A stretch of 59,229 bases of DNA, the filler included, from Sphacelaria rigidula (Eukaryota), in assembly GCA_964200075.2 (NCBI GenBank). It is 10 parts of 10 records of this genome, joined end to end, with 100 filler letters (N's around TTAATTAATTAA, not from the genome) between each part and the next. Parts side by side here need not be neighbours in the genome. Positions count along the whole stretch, not along the records: positions 47,466 to 53,297 come from CAXNAA020024106.1; positions 53,398 to 59,229 come from CAXNAA020024107.1; 8 more parts are not named here. One strand, written 5' to 3'. The stretch's first letter is position 1. Every line of letters begins with the position of its first letter. Under the pieces are notes generated by a model that saw only the letters and a program-made list of their open reading frames with translations, did not search any database and had not been told where the DNA came from. The position numbers and the translations under genes are program-made. Below, piece after piece: positions 49,036-59,229 of this stretch.

Positions 49036-50812
49036 AAGGTATACCGGCTGGAATTAGGGTACAGTATGTACAGAAGTGTAAATAAAGGTACTTTTTTTCG
49101 GTAAATGCTCTTTCCGAGCCATACCGGATTGTTCAGAACAGGGCTCGACACCCTGCCGAACCATATACCGGAATGCTCGATGCACATTCCGGTATGACTT
49201 CATTCTTTGTTTTTTTTGTCGCACTTTGAACTTCTCCCCCTCCTCGGGACGAGTCCGTGGTCTCAAGGGATCATTCCATCTCTTCCCCGGTACACGCCTT
49301 GCATTTTGGTCTCGCGGATGGGGTCATGACTATCAGCACCCCCGCACCGCGTCAACTCACGTTTAACAAACTCAAGTCGACTATGTTGTTCACTCACGTT
49401 CTCACGCTTTCCAAGGTGAAAATCAGCTAAAACGAAGAAAAACACAACGCATCGGGAATTGAATCCTCGTTCTCGCCATCCTTTTGGCGACAGTCGGACC
49501 ATTAAACCTCCGGTGCGCGGCGGCTACAATGCCAACCTGAAGTATCCCACTTTCGAGTATACCATACATGGCATATCCTTGGCACATTCCATGCAAACTT
49601 GGGTGTTGCGCACTAGCACCGCAGGGTCCCGGAGTACTACGTCCCCCCAGGCGGTGAAAAACCACCCATCGTTGATGTTATCTGAGAACGAGGTCCCGGA
49701 TTACCATAAGGGGTCTGGTTGGCGGGTTTGTTCTCTTCCTCCTTTCTCCCCTTCTCCTCCCCTCCCCTCTCCTGACTTTTTCTGCTCCCCNNNNNNNNNN
49801 TTTGTTACGGTGAGGCCGTTCCACCACATGGGGTTGGGTGGGGGGGTTTGTTGTTTTCCCCCCCCCCCCCCCCCCCCCCCCCCCCCGCCCGCCCTCTCTC
49901 CCCCGAAATTTCTGAATTCTTTGGATTTATTTTTTTCCCGAAATATTTGAGAGCAGAATTGTTGATGACGTCAGATATAACAGTATATCTATTTGAGACT
50001 AATGTCAGCTTTCTATGAATGTTTTGCATCGGATATTGATTTCAACATTTTAGAGGGGGGAGTTCGGGGAAGAAAAGGCATTTTTTTTTCGGAGAAAACG
50101 TCGAAAATAAAATGTAAAGAAGAAATGCTTGATCATGGGATCCCTAACATGATCCCATTGACCGGAAGATTTCGACGGCATAACTTCAAGGATATAGCCT
50201 CCGAGGGCTCTGCACCCGCAGTTAAAGGAGGAAATCAAGGTTGGATTTCGCATTGCTCCCGGTGTTTCTTCTTCACGGCGACCGATCCATTACTGCCCTA
50301 TTCAAAGCGTGCTGTGTTCGGTAATGGGCTGAAAAAATTACAAAGGTGGAAATGGGCGCAATCACTGACGTCCGTGTGTTCCGTGCCTGTTGGAAAAAAT
50401 TACAACCATTGCAGAAATCTTCGTTGTCCAGCGCCAAAGGTAGATGGGGTACCCGCATCGCGTCCGCGTCCTCCCCCAGTCAGGGTACAAGTTATCCGAG
50501 CTGGCGCGAGCTTGGATCAGGTGGTGGGGCAAGACGACAAGCCGGATGAGCCCATCATTATCAGCAGACAATCACCGGTAATGTACCCGTCTCTCCCGGC
50601 TTTGTAGGGATGCGAGATCAATGGTCTTATGATCATGACGTGCATGGTCATGAGTACACCCCCCCCCCCCCTTCCCCCAGGATATCGGGTATATGGGTAT
50701 TATGGTTTCCCTTCGTCGAGTTTCGTTAATCCTTGGACAGCGAAAGTCGGTCATCTACTGAATCAGCATCCATTTCACTTGATACAGGTATGCATGATCC
50801 AGATGCACCACG

Positions 50813-51090
50813 TATAACAATGTTTTCGTGAGATTGAGAGTGAAAAGCGGTCAATTAGTGAATGAATCGTTTCAGTTTCAAAATGCCCCTCCCCCAATAT
50901 GCTTTCCGTAGTAGCATGCCACTGACGCCCCTGATATCCCTGAGTAGGATATCGAAGTGTAGCTGCAAGCACACGCCGGTGATGGAGGCGAAAAAAAGCA
51001 CACACGGAATGAAAAATTGCCTAAGATACAGCGAATTATCAAAGCCACTCTCAATCAGCGCTCTACTCTCAATTTCACGAAAACGTCGTT
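50813..51090. mobile_element. MITE family F copy
   Basis: TATAACAATGTTTTCGTGAGATTGAGAGT...ACTCTCAATTTCACGAAAACGTCGTT. Confidence 0.85.
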
Positions 51091-51857
51091 GTTCGCGGTC
51101 TAAGGGATGAGCGGGTGCTTTCGTTTTTTTTTTCCCTTGGGGTAGTACGTCGTATTTGTGACCACGGCTGGACCCCTCGGGGCATCAGTGAATGTGTGAA
51201 AAGTAAAGTATGAAAATCCATCGATCAAGGTAGGCACGGGAGCAGTGAAAATAGCCACGTACAGTCCAGATCATCGTCTTGTGTGGGAAGGGTGAAGGGT
51301 GTTGTGTAAGTCTTCTCCATTTCAAGTGGTGCATTCTTTTTTCTCTTCCTGTTGATCAAATTTCTGATTTTTTGTCTTGTCTTCGATCTCTGAGCAAACC
51401 GACATTTGAGGTTCGATCGGGGTTCGATCGCACCTCTCCCTTCCCCTCCCCTTGCTCGCCATCCCTGCTCACTCATTCCTCACAATGAATTATGACTTGT
51501 AGTAGTTTTCGAATCTTCTGCCCGATATATGGATGGAGCAGCTATAATGATTGACCGCGAATTCAACTCAAATACAGGATGATGCTGATATCACATCTGG
51601 AGATTTATCCCCCTCGTTCATTTTTTTTCTTTTTTCATGATTGAGGCAGCCAGCTTTGAGAAGACCTAATATGTAGGTATTATAAATATTATTTCTCGTG
51701 TCGGCTTGGTGATTGATGTCAAGGTGAAGAACCAGTGTGTTCTTTCGTGTGTTGGTAGGGCGCTACTTGTCTCCCCATGGAGGGCGAACATCGACACAGA
51801 AGAGATACGAAAAATATGGAAACGACGCCGACGTGCCTGTTTGGCACACCCCGAACA

Positions 51858-51923
51858 AATATATATATATAATCATAATCATAATCATCATCATAATAAT
51901 CATGATAATATAATAATAATTAA
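51858..51923. repeat. AT/(ATC,ATA)n microsatellite
   Basis: ATATATAT-AATCATAATCAT...AATAATAAT. Confidence 0.8.
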
Positions 51924-52419
51924 TTGAAGATTGTGTGAGGATGGAATGGGAATGTTGTTGGGATGGTTGAGATGGGACATGGTTTTTATTTTTCGGAGAA
52001 GGGGAAGACAATACTATTGTCTCTCCTTGTCCAAGGAACGAAATTCTATGCCAACCATCCATCCTCATATATATAAAATCATTAATTAATGATGAAATAT
52101 TGTTTGAGGTTGGATGGTTGGATGGTTGGTGGGGATTGAATTTTTTTTTTTTGGACAAGGGATGAATGTTGAGAGCGGATTATTACTATTTTTTTCGAGA
52201 AAAGGACACGATATCAACAGCTACGCTTCCGTTTTTTTTTCCAAGAGCGTTCCCGTTTTGGTTTCATTAGGTACACGCATCTCTGTGAACGCGACGGCAC
52301 TTCTCCGGATCACTTAATGTACGACAATCAATCAATGTGATCAAATCAAAGCAATGAATTAATCACACCCTGGACAATCGATCACGTTGTAAAAAAAAGC
52401 GTACTGCGTACAGAATCGA

Positions 52420-53190
52420 CTGTTGCGCGTATTGTAATTATTGGGTAATATATTCATATGCCGCGGAATTTGTTTGAAAAAAGTGCCGCCATTGTCTTCG
52501 CTCGAACGTGGTGAGGCACGGTCAGGCGCGAACATGGACTGCACCCATGGTTTTGAAAAGAAAGGGATACGCAAAAAGGTAGTGTCGCGTCATGTGATGC
52601 CTGCGCAGACGAGAGGTTCGCCGCCAATCTTGACCGTGCTCTAGTTGTTGGATCGGATCTTTCCCATTGTCTTCTTACAATATATGACCGTTTCTGGACT
52701 ACCTTTTTTTATCCAACTTTTTCAAGGCGGATGCGAACAACAATCTCTCCAATACCTCACGTAGTAGTCGGCTCCCGCCGCGCGTTCCCTAAACCTCCCA
52801 GCAACAGCGACCATGTCACGCGCAGAATCGATATTATTTTCTCGCTCATGTGCCGTTCATGATAGCAGAACGACCAAGCTCAGCGTGTTCTGAAGGGAAT
52901 ATAATGAAAGCCCGAGGCTCTGCCCATGAATTACTCTCCGCGCCCCGACGCTCCGAGCGGGGTATATCCCCAACACAACAGAATCTGAGCGAGGACATCT
53001 CACATTTGGCGTCGACGATGTGAAGAACACAATTCATCGGTGCTTTCGGCGGAGATCGATATATTGCTGGTTTTGGTATTTGTTCATGTGTCACTTCCAC
53101 CTCGGTGAGAACGGGTTGGTCCCCTGATGCACGTTTTATTGTAATTCCCTCTATTTCTTCTCTCATTAATATGCAAGTGCACCGACGCAA
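52420..53190 (-). pseudogene. Highly decayed copia-like RT/RNase H remnant
   Basis: Minus-strand fragments GITIKRASG, PETVIY, EDN, H..RHY and SSEDN...FFK occur in copia order but across frames. Confidence 0.35.
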
Positions 53191-53196
53191 TTATAT

Positions 53197-53297
53197 CACG
53201 CGTCGGACAGATCATGATCCGTCTGAAGATTACTTCTTTTCCGTATACTGATGCGGGTCATGATCTATTGTAGATGGATCATTTACCCCCCCCCCCC
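53197..53297. mobile_element. hAT-like MITE, left part (same family as 15818-16076)
   Basis: CACGCGTCGGACAGATCATGATCCGTCTGAAGATTACTTCTT... Confidence 0.8.
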
Positions 53298-53397
53298 NNN
53301 NNNNNNNNNNNNNNNNNNNNNNNNNNNNNNNNNNNNNNNNNTTAATTAATTAANNNNNNNNNNNNNNNNNNNNNNNNNNNNNNNNNNNNNNNNNNNN

Positions 53398-53470
53398 ATC
53401 ATGCATACTTCATTTCACTTGAAATTGATGCCGATTCAACAGAAGACTAACCTCGCGGTCTAGGGGTTAA
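53398..53470. mobile_element. piggyBac-like mini-MITE, right part with TTAA
   Basis: ...AACCTCGCGGTCTAGGGG-TTAA; matches 57040-57112. Confidence 0.8.
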
Positions 53471-53476
53471 GACAGG

Positions 53477-54346
53477 CCCTGTTACCTTGGGGTCCCAGAT
53501 CCGGCTGTACAGATATGAAAGTTTCGGGGCTCCTGCAAACTTACCCCTGTAACAGCCGTTCACTAGGTTACACGTCATAAAAGGAAATCTCTCCGCACAT
53601 GTCCAAATGGCGATCTCCACATCATCCCCCCCTTTGATGCGCCGCGAGGCCATCTGTGAAGGCTCGTGGCAGCAATTCGGGAGAATTGTAATTTCTGGGA
53701 GTCTCATTTGTATGTGCTCGTGAGATGCTTTTGTAGTAGCCTGGAGTTGAACGCGTCATATCCTCTATACTGGGTGTTGAGAAACACTAACCAATACATT
53801 TTTATCGAAGTTCTCCTACAGGCTCGTATAGAGGAAAAAAATGGAAAATGATTGGTTTTCCTTAGTATTTCGTGCAAGTTTCGTTCAGTGATCAGCTGGA
53901 CGATCTACACAGATTACCGTATCCGACAGTCGGTACCAATAAGGTCCGCTCATGACTTGCATCTCACTGGTGTCGCCAATATGGAAGTCGTGAGACTCCC
54001 GGTGACGGTAGAAACCGTCGAAGGTGGCCGATGATTTCCCTCGGGTTATGTAGTCGAGGATTGACCGTAAGACGTGAGGTTGAGGCAAAGTGGATCACTC
54101 GGGAAAGCTCGACGAGCGCGAGCGAGTTAGCCCGATGACGAAGTCCGAGAGTCTTGGTCAAGATTGATCCCCAGGGATAGCCAGCAGTTCGCTGGGAAGA
54201 TCCCTGTTACCTTGGGGTCCCAGATCCGGCTATACAGATATGGAAGTTTCGGGGCTCCTGCGAACTTACCCCTGTAACAGCCGTTCACTAGGTTACACGT
54301 CATAAAAGGAAGTTTCTCCGCACATGCCCAAATGGCGATCTCCACA
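53477..54346 (-). mobile_element. TRIM-like non-coding mini LTR retrotransposon
   Basis: 5' LTR 53980-54346, PBS TGGCGACACCAG (53967-53978), 358-bp internal region, PPT AAAGGGGGGGATGA (53622-53635), truncated 3' LTR 53477-53621 differing at 6/145 nt from 54202-54346. Confidence 0.85.
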
Positions 54347-56100
54347 GTATGGCTTGATGCTGTACTGGACAGTACAATACCATGTAGGATAGTACCATAT
54401 CAAGCCCTCTCTCATGTGTTGGAGCTTCCTCTGCTTGCACTGTTGTGGTGGGTTCACGCATTACGAAGACGGCTTTGATTGCATAAACTACGACGTTGTC
54501 GTTGTGTTTGTCTCTGCAGAAAAAATGTTAGTCAGTCGGCACGCAGTGCTGGCTTCGCACTGTTGGACATTTCATGGGCATGTGAGCTGTTTCGTCTTTC
54601 GTATAAGACGAACAACGTGCTGTCCGTTGCCGCGACGCTCCTGCTGGTGCCGTGCGTTGGGGGGCTGTACTGAACCGTACCACTGTATTGCGTTCAGTGT
54701 ACTAATACTTTACTGTATATGATGATTCTGTAATTGCGTTGGAACAGGTACGATCGAGATTCGACTGCACGAACACTTGGTTTTAGAATACTTCCCTCGC
54801 GAAACCCAAGCGAAGTGGAGCGGTTTGATTGATGTTCACCATGCGAATCTGTCCCGCTCCACATACAGTCTGCCGAAACGGAGGCAAAGTAAAGATATAC
54901 GGGGGGAGAAATGGAAATGCGCTGATTTTGACGAAGAAAGTGAAAGACCGGAGTGTAGCGGGATCTGCTGTTTATGGAACGGGTACAAATGTGGAAAATT
55001 TAGGATACTGTGGTGGCGATTGTAGACCGGGTGAATGAAACAATTAGGTCAGTCACGAAGGTTTGAAATTCAAGCTTGGGGCAACGCGGGGGTCAAGACG
55101 GTGCGGTATATTAGTTTGAATTATATCTTTTTCGGGGCACGCGAGGGACAGTTGGGGCTGGCTGTCAGTCTCACTAAAGATACGAATTTCGGTCTTCACA
55201 CTCAGATCAACAACGAAAATTCAGGGAAGGTTCTAATCGACCAGTCAGTGGTAGCCACAGGCCCTGACTTGTGAAACATGCCTTACTTTTTGCCTCAGAG
55301 CCTTTTTTCAGAAAGGGGTTGCCTGAGAGGGGGTCATGGCGCCTGAACTGTTTTGTCTGGGCGAGGCAAGCCTCGGTATCACGAAAACGGGAATAAGGCA
55401 GCAATGTACGAATACAGTTTCGTAGTGCTTCTACTGTCCATGATCGTGTTCGCCATTCCGTCGCCCACCACGACACGCATCTCAGTCGATGGTCCCCATT
55501 GTCATGAGGAAGGAAGATAGAGAGGCGCTACTTGTTCCCACAGACAACTTTGGGGCAGGTTGGCTTACGGATCATTCGATCTGTCTACGGGGAATTCTCC
55601 CATAGCTCTGGGAAGATTGGTGTACAGACTGGTCTACCCTAGCTCGGGAAGATTAGTGCACAGATTGGTGTGCCCTAGTCCCGGGGAGGCGAAACGCCTT
55701 TCCGGGCCGAGTTCAAAAATAGGTTGCTCTATTGTACTCAGATGCGCCGTGCTCACTCTTGAGCTACCCTTCGAGCCGGACCATCTGCTCCTACTGTTTA
55801 CCATCGGTGAGAACAGTGTGCTGGGCGATCAAGGGAATAACCAGTGAGAGTTAAAAAGATATAAAGCCTTTGAGCTCCCTTTGTCTGTTGATACTGTGAC
55901 TAACAGTCACGTGAATCTGCACGTGTGCATCTGCAGCTTGTTTTACTCGGACACGTCGAGCGTATGCGCACCTGTAATGCGTGAGATGACCGCGTGCTTC
56001 GAGGACCGCGCCGTAGTTCAATACACCTCAGGATCAATGTTTTTCAAAATCAATCGGGTCAGTCCGTGGAGGTACCATGCCCCTGAACATAACCTCAACA

Positions 56101-56130
56101 CTAACCCTAACCCTAACCCTAACCCCAACC
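56101..56130 (-). repeat. Short interstitial (TTAGGG)n-like tract
   Basis: CTAACCCTAACCCTAACCCTAACCCCAACC. Confidence 0.7.
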
Positions 56131-57011
56131 ACAAGGGTGTGTTCAAATTCCTATGCGGCCCTCTCACGCATTACAGCACCTACCCGGGCTTGCGGCACAT
56201 TGATCATAGCTAGGAAGTTGTGGAACCTGTCGATACCCTTCTCTTCATCACACCCATCACAAAATTAGATGCCCAAGTTTTCCCCAACAAAAGAGGAACA
56301 TACCATGCCGGGAGGGTGGTGGTGTCGGACCCCTGTTACTGCAGTGTATCCCTGTGCTCAGCTCGTGGTCTATGCAGCAGGGTTGAGTTGGCGATAGCTG
56401 CGAATAAAACATGTGGGGTTTGCATAATGATGGGAGTAGTATCTGGCATGGTTGTCTTCAACGTATGTTGGGAGTGGTATGTGCTGCTTCGTTCGTTTCC
56501 GCCGCGTGTTTTCAACCGAAGAAGCTAAGCTTTCCTTTTACACCCGTCGCGCGCAAATGATGACAAACTGAACTTGAAGCCATCTAAAAACATGAACGCC
56601 GTGGGCGTATCAGATACGAGCCAATGACGACCAAATACGATTCGACTGCATGTTTTCGAGTCGAGAACAATTTGATAAGACACGGCCTTACGTGTATCAC
56701 ATGCCTTCGCTTGAAACAGCGACAGGAAACAGTCATCGTATCTTCGCTTGCCGCCGAACACAGTCATGAGGACGCTGCTGACGCCACTGTTTACATTGTT
56801 CCACAACACTACAACCAGCGTGAACTCATGGCGGGAACTCAAGAGGGGTCGTAGGCAGGTGAAAAAATACTACGAGCAGAGAGAAACACACATTGCTTGT
56901 GCTCACGGGGGCAGCGCGTAGAAAAATTTCGGACACGTGACCTCCCATTTCCCCCCCCCCTCCCGGAGGCCATTTTTTCGATAATTGTCATGATTTTTCG
57001 ATTTTCGTTAA

Positions 57012-57108
57012 CCCTTAGACCGCGAGATAGTCTTTCTGGACCATGCATACTTTTTTTCACTTGAAATTGGTGCCGATTCAACAGACGACTAACCTCGCGG
57101 TCTGAGGG
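57012..57108. mobile_element. 97-bp piggyBac-like mini-MITE, complete
   Basis: TTAA-CCCTTAGACCGCGAG...CTCGCGGTCTGAGGG-TCAA; 14/15 TIR match. Confidence 0.85.
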
Positions 57109-57494
57109 TCAAGACGGTAAAATAGAAGTGTAGGATGAACGATATCTGTAGGATGAGATTCCGAAAATTAAGAATCGCCGTATCTCCCGAGAAACAAGAC
57201 GAAATCCATCAAGTTTCCTTCGGTATGTTTGTGGCACCAACTTTGAGCACGTCACTAAAAATTATGTTGATGTGCTTGACTCTCAGGGTCCTAAAGCCTA
57301 AACTATATTTTCGACATTTCCGTGCAAACGCGTGTGGACGGAAATGTCGAGAACTGGTTTTTGCTCTTGGACCCTCAATATATCGTACAAATCCTTCAAT
57401 TTTCGTGACGCGCTCGTAGTTGGTCCCACAAACAAACCTGAGAAAAATTGGGGCACTTCGTTTTGTCTTGCGGAAGATAATAAGGCGATACTTC

Positions 57495-57809
57495 ATATAA
57501 CAGTGTTTTCGTGAGATTGAGAGTAGATGATACGATTGAGAGTAAAAAGCGGTCAATCAGTGAATGAATCGTTTCAGATCCGAAATGCAATTCTACGAGG
57601 CCCAACATGCCTTTTGCAATTAATTGCTGGCTACTGAGGCCCTTGATATCCCTGGGTAGGATATCGAAGTGTAGCTGTACGCACACGCAAGTGGAGGAGG
57701 TGGAGAAAAGCACACGTGGAATAAAAAATTACTCACTTCTTGAAGGGAATGATCAAAGCCACTCTCAATCGTATCATCTACTCTCAATCTCACGAAAACA
57801 CTGTTATAT
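57495..57809. mobile_element. MITE family F copy with a perfect 49-bp inverted repeat (including flanking TA-rich bases)
   Basis: 57495-57543 is the exact reverse complement of 57761-57809. Confidence 0.9.
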
Positions 57810-57865
57810 CCAGAATCTCATCCTACAGATATCGGCCATCCTACACTTCTATTTCATTCTGTTGA

Positions 57866-58112
57866 GAGTATTTGAGGCCGTACTCGATCTACTCGAACTT
57901 TGAGTAGAGTATCTACGGCCGTTCTCAACGTAGTCAAAATTTGAGCAGAGTATTTGAGACCATACTCAACGTAGTCAAAATTTGAGTAGAGTATTTGAGG
58001 CCGTACTCTTCGTGATCAAAATTTGAGTAGGGTATCTGAGGTCGTACTCGATCTACTCAAAATTCGATTGGAGTATTTGAGGCCGTACTCTTCATACTCA
58101 AAAATTTGAGTA
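57866..58112. repeat. Six tandem 41-bp palindromic units (minisatellite)
   Basis: Units GAGTATTTGAGGCCGTACTC-N4-TACTCAAAATTTGAGTA start at 57866, 57907, 57948, 57989, 58030 and 58071. Confidence 0.9.
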
Positions 58113-58315
58113 GCGCTCTGTACTGGAAGTAATATCGAAGGCGTTGCGAAATATCGAGTATGAATTGCCATGGGTGGGGGGTGGTGAGATGCGGCGCTGG
58201 GGCAGCTACAGTAGGTTCATTCAGACACCTGCTCGCTTTATTTATTTTTCATGGCCATCGTTCGCCCATGCATTTAACATAGTCTGTGAGGTGACGACAC
58301 GAAGTCGCGAACGGT

Positions 58316-58610
58316 CAGGGGTACTCACCATACCCAGGGGGTACTCTATACTCGAGTATTACCGAGAGTGCTTACTCAATATTTGAGTAGAGTATTTGAG
58401 GCCGTACACGACGTACTCAAAATTTGAGTGGAGTTTGAGGTCATACTCCAGTGATACTTTATACTCGAGTATCATTGCTGAGAGTGCTTACTCAATATTT
58501 GAGTAGAGTATTTGAGGTCGTACTCGACCTACTCAAACGTCGAGTAGAGTAAATACTTGAGTATTTTACTCGAGTGCTCAAGAGTACACACTCTACTCGA
58601 CCTACCCTTG
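58316..58610. repeat. Related GAGTA/TACTC-rich element, possibly a MITE with CA(G/A)GGGTA ends
   Basis: Contains two more 41-bp-like units; begins CAGGGGTACTC and ends TACCCTTG. Confidence 0.55.
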
Positions 58611-59131
58611 CATTTTTTCGACAATCGAAATTCTAGTGATTTTTTCATATTTTCTGTCAACTTTGTTGCTAGATATTCATCTAAGAATATTGACAAAATC
58701 CGAAAAGTCTTATAGCTTTGCGGGGTGTTTGTTTGTTTACGCTCTTTTTTGTATTTACCTGTAGATAATTATATATCATATATAGTAATGTAATATATAT
58801 ATAACATATACGTATACTCATGAGTAAATATATAATATATTTTGAACTTTCCTTTGATGAATATTTGTATATTATTATATGTAACATTCGAACATACTGT
58901 ATTCAATATAATAGAGTATATTTTAAGGAGAGTAAGCATATGTATAATATAGATCTATGATATGGACCCTTATTATATGAAATATAATGGAATATAATAC
59001 ATGGAACATAATATATTAAATGTAGTATATGGTCTATAATATATATAAGCATCTCTACTGTCTACGGCAGCTGCATCCGCCAATGCTTCGGCAAAAAAAC
59101 CAGGGGACACACGGCTAGGTGTCCCCCCCCC

Positions 59132-59183
<52 letters not shown>

Positions 59184-59229
59184 CCGCCCCCCCCCGCCCA
59201 CTTTTACTCGCCCCCCCCCCCCACCCCCC

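Larger units (their letters stand above)
5835..53397. other. Nine artificial 100-nt contig spacers (N44-TTAATTAATTAA-N44) at 5835-5934, 11769-11868, 17702-17801, 23635-23734, 29568-29667, 35501-35600, 41434-41533, 47366-47465, 53298-53397
   Basis: Identical all-frame-stop linker flanked by Ns. The intervening contigs are 5834, 5834, 5833 (x5) and 5832 (x3) bp, i.e. sorted by length. Confidence 0.98.

Noticed and set aside
57866..58112. CRISPR array
   Set aside because: Units abut with only ~4 variable nt, so there are no unique spacers; no cas genes; eukaryotic context.

Overview
This window is eukaryotic and is not one contiguous locus. It is ten unplaced ~5.83-kb contigs, sorted by decreasing length and joined by artificial 100-nt spacers (N44-TTAATTAATTAA-N44). 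Spliceosomal GT-AG exons prove it is eukaryotic. The repeat families resemble those I recall from brown algae, but that assignment is inference. Only two host gene fragments are supportable: two exons of the proteasome subunit RPN1/PSMD2, and three exons of a probable DUF4470/MYND-family protein. The rest is mostly decayed mobile DNA: Ty3/gypsy and Ty1/copia remnants, LINE 3' ends, a tRNA-derived SINE, and MITE families (Sola2-like, piggyBac-like, hAT-like, Tc1/mariner-like). The most notable structures are (1) a ~1.74-kb composite element made of two MITE copies plus intervening DNA inside a 10-bp target-site duplication, (2) a non-coding TRIM-like mini LTR element sharing its primer-binding site with a gypsy element elsewhere in the window, (3) two related GAG...CTC TIR families, one with 4-bp TSDs, and (4) a ~0.8-kb foldback. 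I found no intact autonomous element, no CRISPR array and no clearly new enzymatic system.
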